In this document: positions 13,901 through 25,118 of the stretch, one piece after another | How the letters are laid out: the number at the start of each line of letters is the position of its first letter | Position numbering within the stretch: position 1 is the stretch's first letter | DNA from: Styela clava | Taxonomy: Eukaryota | Direction of reading: 5' to 3' | NCBI RefSeq assembly: GCF_964204865.1 | Contig: NC_135251.1 | Coordinates: 12,896,001-12,960,000 of the forward strand | Length of the DNA: 64,000 bases | Notes under the pieces: generated by a model | What the model was told of the DNA's origin: nothing | Database searches by the model: none | The model's input: only the letters and a program-made list of their open reading frames with translations | Position numbers and translations under genes: made by a program

Positions 13901-16900
13901 GTTCATATCTTCCAACATCTGCTTCAGCTTCTCGTTTTGCTCTCATTTCTTCATCGACATTTCTACGAAGTTCTTCGACCTCTTCTTGCAAAACTGAATT
14001 CTCTTGCTGGTATTGGCCTTCCATGTCCTAGAAAAATAATAAATTCAATTACCGGTAATATAACTATAACGATAATTGTGGTCCTTGTCCACACTCAGAT
14101 TTTTCCCAATCAAGCATAAAATCCTAATCTGACAGTTTAGGTTTAAAAATCGCTCACATAGGTAAAAATACATAATGTTTTTTTGCTCTTGTCACTGCGT
14201 AAATACCTCGCCAATGGCTTTGCATGACTGCAAGGCAAAGCAATGGCCACTTTATCTTTCCCACATGGAAAAACTGAGTTTTTTGTGTAGCCTGACTAGA
14301 TGTTGGAAGTTGGTTATATGGCCAACCAACTAAAAATGTTTGCACTCCCATGTCTTAGACTGACACACAATACCTACTAAGTATCATTGCAGTAGAATTT
14401 TTCATTATTTCGCACCTGAAATTCATGTCTCATTTGTACAAGTTCCGCTCTAGCAGTCATCAGATCTTCTTTTAGAGAATCCCTTTCTTGTTTTAACTCT
14501 TCTAATTCTATCGATGTTGTTGTTGATGCACTTAAATCTATTTCACTGCCTCCTTTCAAACTTGCTATCAATCGTTCTTTGGACTGGAAACAGAGGAAAG
14601 TATTTCTCAGTTATTAGGTTTTCCGGAATACCTGAAAAATTCTGGTAGCTTATACCAAGCCAAATTACCACACAGTGAAAGGTAATTTATCGATACCATA
14701 TATTGTTTTGGCCCTCACAGATGTATTGAATGAAATAAAAAAACTAAAACAATTACTGATTTAAATACAACAAACCTGGTTATTGAGATATATTGAGAAT
14801 TGACTTAATAATAAAATGAAAATTGTAAAGGGACTTTATGGACACTCTGTACATATGGTTCGCTCATGTGTATTCAGGGATATTATGGGAATAAAGCCAA
14901 CATTACAGTAAATGCGGAAACCTGTATCATTTAAGGTAAAATTATTAGGTGCTCCCGAAGTATGCGAACCAAGATGGCGGACATCGGAACGTAACATAGG
15001 TAACAGGTTAGGATTGGGCGATAATTTTTTTCCAATTTTCCTTATTTTAGTCCTATTATCAGTTCGAAGACTAGCCAAGAGCCTCCCGTAGTATTTATAC
15101 CTAAAATTAGGGCCTAACCCTAACCTAGTACACATATTACATTCCGATGTCCGCCATCTTGGTTCGCATACCTCGGGCGCCCCAATTATTATGCTGCTTT
15201 GGTTGTATGACGCTAGAAATAAAAGATGTTAAGTAATGATCCCTAATGGAAGTCCCAATGTCAAATGAAGGGTTATTAAAAAGAAACCCAGCATACCTGT
15301 AATATTCTTGATGCTTTTTGTTTATAATCAGATAACTCATGTTTGTTCGATGCCAGACTTGTTTGCAAGTGATTTATTTCTTTGGACATATCATCCATAC
15401 GTTCTGTAATAATTCATGTAATAAGTAAAAATATGTAAGTTATCAGGAAATAGGAATAATATTTTTGAACTTTGCAATGATACAAAAAAATGACAACACA
15501 CAGGACAGGTATTCGGGAGTGAGACACAGTACATTGCTATTGGCTATCTCGTCCAGTGAAAAATATAGGAAAATTCAAAAATTTGGAACCAAAGTTTTTA
15601 TTATTGACTAAATTATAAAAATGCATGACTAAATTGTTTCCATATGCTAAATTTTGAAATTTTCCTTATTTTAGTTTCCTTGATGTAAAGTAGGCGAACA
15701 AAATTAGTAACATCCATATTGGTACACATACTACTGGAGCGCCCTGAACTCCAAACATTTCAAATTTTGATATCTATTTGCACTTGTGTATTTTATTTAC
15801 AGAGAGAGTTTGTGGTTGAATCTTACTTTTCTCCGCTTGCCTTTCTCTTTCACTTTTTCTTAGATTTTCAGCAAGTTTCCGGCTTTCCGATTCTTGTTTT
15901 TCTCTTTCTCTGAGAGAATCTTCTTTCAAAGTTCTATTAAAATCTCTCTCTCGAATCAACGCTGATTCTGCTTCTTCTAATCTTGATCTCAACTGCTCTA
16001 AAGCTTGAGCATGCATCCCAGATCCTGCAGTCTGATCGTCAATTATTCTATTGATTGCAAATTTTGAATAAATATAAAATGCAAGAATAAAAGTCGCTTT
16101 TCACACCGGGATTCCACTATTACAATAAAAAGCTTACAATAAAACAAGAAAGTATTCCCATTCTTCATGTGAATATGTTGATATGTTACTAGAAATTAAA
16201 ACTAACAATGAAATTTTGGGTGATATGTATAAAAAATAAAATAATAGGCCTTTCGCAGGTGAAACTATCTTCAAGTGAAGAAATGGTATATCAGAACAAA
16301 TGACCCATTGGAGAAACTTTTACAGTGCAGTTCAAAATCACTTTTTACATAAAAATATATTTTTAGAATCTATATTGTCAGTCTTAAATATTCACAGGCC
16401 TAATATTTTTTACTTGTTATTAATTTTAAATTAATCCTGCCCCAATTGTTTACAAAGAAAAATAATAAACCAATATCTTCCATATGACTATCCTTTTCCC
16501 TTAAATTATCGTTTTTTTTTATATGATTGATTGCCAAATGCATTTGAATGGAAGGGCCTAACTGGGCATCTTACCTCTCTCGCTCATTCTGGAGATTTTT
16601 TATCGTTTGCTTCAATGTTCTATTTTCATTGTCCAGGTCGTTAACTTCAATATTCATTGCTTCCATTTGTGAATTTTTTACATGATATTTTTCCATCATG
16701 TCATCATATTTACGCTGTAAGTCACTGGCTCGCTTCTCAGTCTCTGCGTTCAGATAAAAATCAAGAATGATACATGACGGCGATGAAAAGGGTGAGGGAA
16801 ATATTAAATGTAAAAATATGAATAAAAATTTAACTTTTTTATATATGGAATTTGAATATTTTAAAAACATCTTGATTTGCAAAATCAAAAATTTGTCATA

Positions 16901-18366
16901 AATGTTCATGACTTGAAACTCCGGTTGTCAACAAGTGGCAAATTTCTGATTTAAAAAAAAATAGAACAAAACCTGTTTTAGAACGAATACTTCTTTCACT
17001 CAATGATTTCATTTCTTGATGCAAAGCCTTGATTTCATTCTGTAACATTCGATTTTCCATTTTTAAACTTGTAATCAGACTTTTGTCCGCTGTATCAGTA
17101 GATGCGTCTTCTCCCGAGTCTCTCTCGGATGCTGGGTTGCTACTCGCAGCAGCATTGCTGACTAACTCAAATTCACTCTCGGAAGCTGTCGAGTCAATGG
17201 GATAAGAAATCATATCTTGAAATAAGAAAATATAAGCGGTTGAATATTGCTAACTAAGAATTCATTCAATAGATTTTTCATAGGACTTTTTTTTATGTCT
17301 TTCACTCTGTACCAGGGCCACTGACAGACTGATATGCAAAGCATTACTTATATAGACAGATAAATAGTACCCATATGCCAAATTCTACTACATATATTGA
17401 GATTTTTCTTAATTCACTAATGTAAACAACTAAAAATATTCCATATCCATATTAGTACAAGTTTAGGATATAGGTACCACATATATGAATAGATGTCTGC
17501 CTCACAAACCGATCTCATTTTCTGACTTTTAAATTGAGCAATGGAACAGCGAAGGAATAACATATATCAAATATATCGAGCTTAGAAAAGAGCATTATAA
17601 TCCTATTCTCGAAAGAGTACCGGCATTTCAGATATGAATCAATTCGAGACAAAGTATAGCACTTTTCGTGATTGAAACACGGTATGCAGAATTTTAGTAA
17701 TATATAAAACTATTCCAACATACCAGCTTCGGAAAATGCCTCATTTGGCTCTGACGAACTTGAACCATTATCATTTGTCGATTTATTCACAGCACCTTTT
17801 GAATTGACAGAATCAATACTAGAACTACGTGAAATGTGAAAAGCTGCTAATTGAGGAGCTTGTAATATTTGAGCTTCCTCAGCTTTTTGAGAAGTTACAT
17901 CTATTTTGCTTTGTTGTTTCGGTTGTTCAATTTGTCCAGTGGAAGACGCCAAACTAGTGGAACTAGTACTTTTTTGAACTCCACTTTTTGCCGTTTTCGA
18001 TCTTGTGGAGCGAGGGGAAGACTTTTCATTACTATTTAAGAAATCAAACAATGCAGCATCAGTATCTTTCTTATTAACACTCGGTTTTGTTTTTTCTTTG
18101 ACAGATTCAAGTTTTGTAAAGGATGGTTTTCTGCTTGCTTTTATCTCCCCTGGTACAGAGATAGGTGACTGCTCAGTATAATCAATTTGAGCAATAGAGT
18201 GTCTGTAACTTATCGGTGATTCAGGTTTTCTTCTACTTGGTTTTGGGGAAGGAGATGGCTTCAATGCTGATAGTGTATCATTTGCATTGATGGCACCAGC
18301 TGCTGTTTGATCGATATTGTTCAGCAGAGATTCTGCTTTTCCAGCCAAATCTGCAATCCAAGACAT
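10918..18366 (-). CDS. GOLGA5: Golgin subfamily A member 5 (golgin-84); 11 coding exons: 18366-17724, 17215-16973, 16743-16575, 16047-15827, 15403-15297, 14583-14416, 14027-13800, 12931-12782, 12221-12034, 11587-11524, 11058-10918 (773 aa)
   Basis: N-terminus MSWIADLAGKAESLLNNIDQ; long coiled coil with ELSDYKQKASRILQ and ELESRLRQLTETLIQKQT; C-terminal SVRLGVFLRRYPIARLFVIVYMGLLHLWVMIVLLTYSPEIH transmembrane signature. Phases are consistent and the total is 2322 nt. Confidence 0.95.
13096..13382. mobile_element. hAT (Charlie-type) MITE in GOLGA5 intron; related decayed copy at ~14078-14350
   Basis: Ends CTGGGGTGAGCAAC..GGCCCGTGGGCC / GGCCCAC..TGTTTCACATCCCTG; flanks ATGCAAAC / TTGTAAAC (6/8 TSD match). 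Confidence 0.6.
14948..15183 (+). mobile_element. MITE family B (236 bp, Merlin-like)
   Basis: ~45-bp TIRs (GGTGCTCCCGAAGTATGCGAACCAAGATGGCGGACATCGGAA); exact 8-bp TSD AATTATTA; near-identical copies at 29271 and 34206. Confidence 0.9.
15658..15743 (-). mobile_element. MITE family C, internally deleted fragment
   Basis: TTGATGTAAAGTAGGCGAACAAAATTAG..CCATATTGGTACACATACTACTGGAGCGCC is the reverse complement of the family C left arm. Confidence 0.7.
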
Positions 18367-18556
18367 TGTCCAAACACAAAAAATGCAGCTAGTATATAAC
18401 CTGATCTGTAGAATTAAAGTATCTAATTATTTATAATTAAATCAATAATTAAAATGATTTAATGCGACTAAAGTATTTCTAAATGGAAATCAAATAAAAG
18501 GCAGTCTCGCACAGAACGATACATCCGATTTGACATAGGACATACTGGGACAGTAC

Positions 18557-18885
18557 GGCGGCGCGGGTCAACGGGCTAAGCGTTAGGAATACGCTCGCCA
18601 ACGCACCTCTAATTACTCTGTGTGGGTTCGCAGGTTCGAATCCCATGCAGGGATGGTTATGTGCGAGAGGATTGCTGGACTCCTCGCCGTCGTTGGGTGG
18701 TTCACGTAACCGCTGGTCAGTTACGGCTTCCTCCACCACCAAGTCCATGCTTCCGAAAACAAACAATATAACTAATCCCATACCCGACTTGGAATGGTAA
18801 CCGGACGAGAGGCCATGGTTCGCCATATGGATAAGCCGTCTTATCGTCTTTCCTCTCCCCGGGATAAATATGTAAATCATATCAT
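18557..18885 (+). mobile_element. tRNA-derived SINE, near full length (young subfamily)
   Basis: Pol III A-box-like GGTCAACGGGCTAAG and B-box GGTTCGAATCCC; 3' stem-loop and (ATC[A/C]T)n tail; highly similar to 54066 and 59901. Confidence 0.9.
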
Positions 18886-19186
18886 ATTTAGTTTGATTTT
18901 AAATGAATGTGTCTGTCGAGCGTTTCATTTCGCGTCTGACATACATTTTTTTGAATTATAAAAATTTATATTATTTTGCGGTATTCCTTTATTTAAGCAG
19001 TATCAGTGGTAATTTCACATCACATTCTTGTTTCAGTGTTTGGCAATATTTAAGGAGTTACGGCATTTACTTCGCTAGACTTTCACTTGCAGACTCGATA
19101 TGTTCTTGACTTAATCACATATTTTTTGCATTATATCGGTTTATTATTTTACTGGTTGAAAAAAACTAACTTGACTAGTCTATGAC

Positions 19187-19925
19187 AGAGTTGAATCAAT
19201 TGTAATTGACGTAATTAATTACAGTGTTTCATGTAATTGTAAATGTAATGTAATGGAGGCATTTTCCTTTTGTGTAATTGTAACTGCAATTTGCTAAAAT
19301 TTTGGCTCAATTACACTTTCAATTAGACTAAATCTCAGTGTTTTGAAAATGGATGAACATCAAACAAACTCTTCCGAAACCTGTGTTGAACCACTTCCTG
19401 CAGGCTGCACGTTGTCAGAGTTGTTTAAATCTTTGAGCAGCACTGAGGCATGCTGTAACAACTGCAAAAAGAAACTCAACTTCTCAACCAAGGCTTCGTC
19501 AAACTCGATCATGCACTTGAAGAGATGTTCATCTATATCCTAAATACATAAACTTCAAGAAAAAAAAAAACAGGAAAACACGATGAAGACTAAGGTTGAT
19601 CATAGCCAACCACCTATCCAGTCATTTTTTCAAACTTCTTCCCAGCGATGGCAGGAGATTTAAAAAATAAAAGACTTAAAAAATCAGGAAGTGAAGTAGA
19701 TACCGGTAGCAATTTTCGGGAAGAAATTTTGCAATTTGATGAAACCCCATTGATGTACCGGTATTGAAAGAAGAAATCAGAAGAGTTTTCCACGCTTGCT
19801 TCTTTAGCCAAGGATTTGGGACTAACAGCAACACCAGACCCGTCAGAAGAGTTTTTCCAATTGCAGAATTGCGGGTAACTTTTACAAAGCAAGAAGAAGT
19901 TTATCTGGGTCGGAAACTTTTCGCA
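19187..19925 (+). pseudogene. Internally deleted hAT transposase relic (BED zinc finger plus C-terminal dimerisation domain)
   Basis: Left end CAGAGTTG with GTAATT subterminal repeats; ORF 19343-19543 ACCNNCKKKLNFSTKASSNSIMHLKR is BED-like; 19740-19870 reads PLMYRY*KKKSEEFSTLASLAKD..ATP / PVRRVFPIA, a frameshifted version of the hAT PATSAPSERVFS motif. Confidence 0.7.
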
Positions 19926-20005
19926 GAGAGGCCGTGGTTCGCCGCACTGCCATATGATCAAGCCGTCTCGTCTTTTCTCTCCCCCGGGATAAATATATAA
20001 ATCCT
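19926..20005 (+). mobile_element. SINE 3' fragment (5'-truncated)
   Basis: GAGAGGCCGTGGTTCGCC...CTCTCCCCCGGGATAAATATATAAATCCT matches the SINE tail. Confidence 0.8.
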
Positions 20006-20194
20006 ACCGGTCTGAATCTGAAAGTGTAGGCCTACTACAGTACTACTGTACCAGGAGGTTGAGATTCCCAAAATCACACCATACAGCGATAAACGACGAA
20101 CTCCATTCCAACTTCGAGACGAACGCACTTACAGCTGGCAGTTTGTTTATCCCCACAATCCTACGTCAAGAACATAGACATCTAGTGTAGATGT

Positions 20195-21910
20195 GTATGT
20201 ATGTTTATTCGTATCGTAAACACAGGAGTTAGTAAATATCAACATTGAAGAGAGATGTATACACAAGACCATACTGGTCTAAAACACATGAACGTGCGGC
20301 ATACACCCCTTATGATAAGCATAAAATGCAATAAATCGAATAAGTATAACATGGTCCTTCATACAGACAGTTGTGCGAGGAGGGTGGATTAGGCAACATG
20401 GGTAACGGTGGAGTATGCCCAACTGTTTATACAATGGAGCTGGTAAGACAAGACAACATCAATAAATAGAGACAATACAACATGAAATATAATACATAAT
20501 ATATATACATAAGAATAAAATTTGGACATATAGCACCCTCGAATAATGATACCACATACTATAAATGGGAGAAATAGTCAAGTTTATAGGAGAATGTGCA
20601 TATATAGTAGGCCTATGTACCACTCAAGGGTGAGCGTCTTAAGTAATAGGTGGCTAATCTAGCAAAAATGCGTTCCTTCCAGGCTTGGGGAAATGCAATG
20701 TAATAAGTTCTGTCAAGTTATACGCTTTTTCAATGTACTTTGTATTTTATAGTTCTGAATACCGCTAAAAAATAACAGGATTCAAAAAAAGGATATTCAG
20801 GTTGCATTTCCATAAAACCTATCATGATCGCATTTCAGCCAGACAATTCAAAGGTATAAAGGTATATTGAAATAGAGAACAATAAATTATAAAGAGTATC
20901 ATTTTGCCATGTCATGGAATTTCTAAATTTAGTTAAAATAATAATAAAATATGGTATCCTGTGATTAAGAAAGGGGTAGGATTGTTCGATTTAGTGCTGA
21001 TAATAAAATAAAAACAATAACATAATTAAATAATATGATATCCTAGAATAAAGAAAGGATTGAGATTGTTTAATTTGGTGCTGGGCGAGAATAATGGAAT
21101 GAAGTTAAATAAAGCAGCATGCTACTTTAACAGTGATCGTTGTCCCAATTGTTTGCTACATTTAAATTTAGATTTTATTTCTTTGTCTGATTATTTGAGC
21201 ATGGTGATGAAATTAGAATGGTGTGCTAGTTATTGAATCAGTCCATTGTTTCATGTTAAATCCGGGTGAAGTATCCTGTGGAGTTATTGAAATTGCCATC
21301 TGTTTGATGGCGACTGAAGATTTCGACCGGTTCCTGATAGTTGTCCAATCAAAATCATGTACGGTTCTCCTTTTCAGTGTTGAATTCACCTTAAAAATAA
21401 TCTCAAAGACAGTAATATGTTCAAAGCAAGGAAATTTGCTAATATGACGATAATATATATTGTTTGAGTTTGAAACGAAATTTTGAGTTTGATTTTAACT
21501 TTTTGATGTCATTAGGTAGGGAATTCCAACCTTTTGGCCCACATACTACAATTGATTCTTGTGAAATACTTTTACTGACGAATGGAATAAAAAAATTATC
21601 TTTATTTCTGCTATTTGAATTTGGGTTTGCTCGGAACAAGCTGTTCAGACTGGACGGGAGTTCTCCAATGTAGCAAGAGAACATCATAGTACATAGTTCG
21701 AAGTTGGCTAAATCATCTACTCGTAGTAGCCCATACTCTTTGAATAGGTCATTGACTTTTTCTCGATTTCCTCTATGGAAAACTCTTCTAATAAAACGAT
21801 TACAAACACTTTGAATTTTTTTTAGAATGGAAGATTGGCGATAAACATAAGCTGAGGCACAGTATCAAATATGACTTTCTATTAGAGAGTGGTATAGGGA
21901 TATTAAGCAT
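20195..21910 (-). mobile_element. 5'-truncated LINE (L2/Crack-like CR1 group): ORF2 C-terminus (~21910-21439) plus ~1.2-kb 3' UTR
   Basis: Minus-strand LYHSLIESHI*YC..LKKIQSVCNRFIRRVF.. and CGPKGWNSLPNDIK..FKLKQY, typical of the post-RT region of CR1/L2-group ORF2; ends in AATAAA(CATA)n at ~20195-20210. Confidence 0.75.
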
Positions 21911-22317
21911 CTCCAACACACTGATGGAAAAAGCGCCATAGAGGGTGAGGTTAAAGATTTCAGGTTCTAACACACAATGTCTGTCACCTTACCCAGGTTG
22001 CAATAAATTGGTAAGCTATACCTTGCAGAAAAGATCTCGATCTAAAAAATAGTAACTCCCAACATATCAGTTGCTTCTTGTCCAGAGTGAAGATTTGGAT
22101 TAAATAAATGATGATTAAACCAATCACCTGAAATCAATGCGTCAGCCAGTCCAATGAGCAAGGAAAATTTACAGTCAATCTGCATTGAAGATGCAAGCGA
22201 ATGCATAGTTTTTCTGGAACCGACAATGTCACGCAACCTTGTAACTCCTCCCCAACCTGAAGTTTGAGCAAAGTAATATATTATTTTCCTTCAATCCAGG
22301 CATGAAGCCTAATAATA

Positions 22318-22648
22318 CAGGGATGACCAAATTCAAATATTTCACTATTCCAAATTGATTAGGAGGAAATATACTTGAATACGGAATTTTTGATACATTC
22401 TAAATTGCAGACCTGTTTATGTGTAAAATTACATATTCATGTTGACCACATCTAAAACGACAAAACATAAATGCCATTGTTTTCTATGTGTTGTTTGTTA
22501 CCTGTTGAGATATTGTATGTTTTGATCTGATAGTCTGACAGCCCAAAATTTCTTATTATTGAATAAAAATGTTCTATTCTTAAATTCTAAATTCCTATAT
22601 TGAATATAAAGAACTTGGAATGTATTCGAATCCGTTTGTACATCCCTG
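22318..22648. mobile_element. Decayed hAT-like MITE
   Basis: CAGGGATG / CATCCCTG termini with ATTC[G/A]AAT-type subterminal repeats like those of the 2965 and 47912 elements; TSD unclear. Confidence 0.5.
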
Positions 22649-22809
22649 CCTTAATAGGCTTTGAATATCTAATATGGCAATTGGCAATAGCAAAACCTAT
22701 TGAACTGGTTTATGGAAGTCTTATCACCAGACTACAGGACTACTGATAGGAATACATAACCGGATTAGTTAGTTTTCAGTATGGTAAGAAATGAACTGCT
22801 GATTAATCT

Positions 22810-22953
22810 GGTACTTCTGTAGTATGTGTGTACCAGGTTACGCTTAGGCCATACTTTTATTCCTATTTTCTTTGTTTTAGTTCTATTACGAGTTCATGGA
22901 CTGTCTGTGTTAGCCAAGTGAATGTACCCTGCCCATAGGTTTCAGTTCCTTTA
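22810..22953 (-). mobile_element. MITE family C, partial
   Basis: GGTACTTCTGTAGTATGTGTGTACCAGGTTA...GTGTTAGCCAAGTGAAT..CCCATAGGTTTCAGT. Confidence 0.75.
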
Positions 22954-23322
22954 CCGTGGTAGTATATATTTACGATCAAACTCATTTATTTTTTTATATG
23001 CAAAGAAGTCACAAATTAACATAGTGAACACAAAAACACAAATAAATCGGATATTTCTCACTGAGATATTTACACAGAAAGGTCGAGGAAAGCAAATTAA
23101 TACAGTATGTACATAATATAGTAAACCGAAATATTACAATTAGTCTTATATATTGCTGTTTTTATGACTGTGTATTTGAAACAAAGTTTTTTGCTCACAT
23201 TTAAAGTCACATGTTCAAACCTCATTTGAAGTTTTGGCAACAATAGTCTTGTAATAATAATAGTCATATCTCGCCAACGGATCAATCAATTTTAAGTACT
23301 GGGAAGAATGTTTGTCGTAAAG

Positions 23323-24302
23323 CAGGCCTGCACAACATACGGCCCGCGGGCCGCATGCGGCCCGCTAGATACTTCTGTGCGGCCCGCGGGTGATTTGGAA
23401 ACAAATCTTTGTTATTGCTTTTTTTGTTACATTGTTATTTATGCAAGCGCGCCGCTACTCCGATCATATTAGAAATCGTGAGTTTTATGTTTTGCACTAG
23501 TTTCAATAAATATCGAACTTGGTGTAAAATTGGTGTGCCCTTCGCGACCCTTAAAATTCGTCGCTCGACCTCTCGCCCCCCAGTTTGGGAAACCCTGATT
23601 TAGATATCTCGGTATTCAAACTGAATCACGCTCAAAACAATATCGGTATACAATCTCACACCCATTAGTGCATATTAGCAACCTATTAATAACCCCACTA
23701 TTTTTTACTAGCAGTTTATGAAACTGAAGTTTCTTTTTCAAATTTAGAACTTGAAAAACAATTTTTTCATTCATGAATGCTGCAGAAATTCTCGCACAAA
23801 AGATATTGCTATTTACTGTAAAACTTCAAAAATTTGGAGCAGATTTTGTAAAAAAATGTAAATTAACAGTCGAAAAAGTACAACAGAGGAATTTCTATCG
23901 CTACTAAACGGATTGTTTGTCCAGTCTGCAATGGGAATATCTAAAAATGTTAGATATGACCGAATATGTGGGACGATTTTACAAAACTGAATCTGAGTAA
24001 AATATTTTCCTGCAGTCAGTTTATACTGCAACACGCAATACCTAATTCTAATAAAAAAAATATATTGAAAATGAAGGGTGGGTTTTCAAAGTAGATGAAC
24101 CACTAAATACTCAAGAAAATAAGATTCTTCATATTTTTAAGCTTTCCAGTTTTGAAAGTGTTTCATCAAATTTAACTGTTTCACAATATTATTTTGATTT
24201 GAAGTTCATCTTGTGAAATATGTATGTGGCAAAGTTTGCTGCCCGCTGGGCCTTCAGATTTATCCTTGCGGCCCTCGTGGTAATTTGAGTTGTGCAGGCC
24301 TG
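23323..24302. mobile_element. Non-autonomous hAT/Charlie element (980 bp)
   Basis: Perfect 14-bp TIRs CAGGCCTGCACAAC / GTTGTGCAGGCCTG; perfect 8-bp TSD TCGTAAAG; GGCCCGCGGGCC subterminal motifs; contains the end of a second Charlie-like element at ~23540-23597. Confidence 0.9.
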
Positions 24303-25118
24303 TCGTAAAGAAATAGTCATACCCCGCTATACTAATAATAGTCATATCCCGTCAACGAATCAATCAATTTCAACTATAAAGTATGTATATATATATGTAT
24401 GCTTATTTGCCTCAAAAATGTAACAGTACCTGCATAATAATGAAACGTTATAATAGAAACGGGATACATGTTCAAGACATTACTGGCCTAAGACACGGAT
24501 GTGCAACATGCAATCCAACAACTATAACTGCAGTTTAGGACTGCTGCGTTATAGTATGGCAACAGACATGAAATATACAAATGAAACTCTAGTACAATAC
24601 ACAGGACAAAGAGGTACGGCACAGCGACGATTTGTTCAATAATGATAAAAAAATTCGCCAACAATCTATCATTTTTTATATTGTTATCTGAGAGCTATGA
24701 AATCCAATATTGTGTTTATAATTTTGATATTTCATTTTAATTAATGGTGATACATTTTTCATTTCATCAAGACCATTCCGGTCGCACTTAATCCTCGTTT
24801 CGTTTTGAGCAATATGTGTTTGGTATTATTGCGTGACATTATCCGGATAAAAAATCAATCGTACACAGCTTACGAGAAAATGATAATTTTACAGTTTAAC
24901 TATAGAGAAGATGCCAGTAGCATGGGCACAAAACTTCATTCGCCAACTGCTTCCGGTTCAGATTTCTGTCAGCGCAATATTGATAAAAACTCTCAATAAA
25001 TAAACAAATATTCACGGCATTAAACAGTATATTTGTTTCATTCCTTGATCATGCGTGGTGATAGATTTTCAAATTGTATATGAAACAACACAAAAACATA
25101 GAAAGCAGAAATGGAAAA

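Noticed and set aside
14836-15135. Repeated ORFs MCTRLGLG.. (also 29319-29552, 34149-34349)
   Set aside because: Chance frames across MITE family B; no transposase similarity.
17216-17218. AAG acceptors (GOLGA5 exon 2; DRAP1 exon 6 at 58512-58514) as non-canonical splicing
   Set aside because: They are still AG-terminated; AAG is uncommon but ordinary.
18479-18880. Repeated ORFs ([32 protein letters not shown]; also 54029-54343 and 55083-55415) suggesting a gene family
   Set aside because: These are antisense read-throughs of the SINE copies, and the frames break differently between copies.
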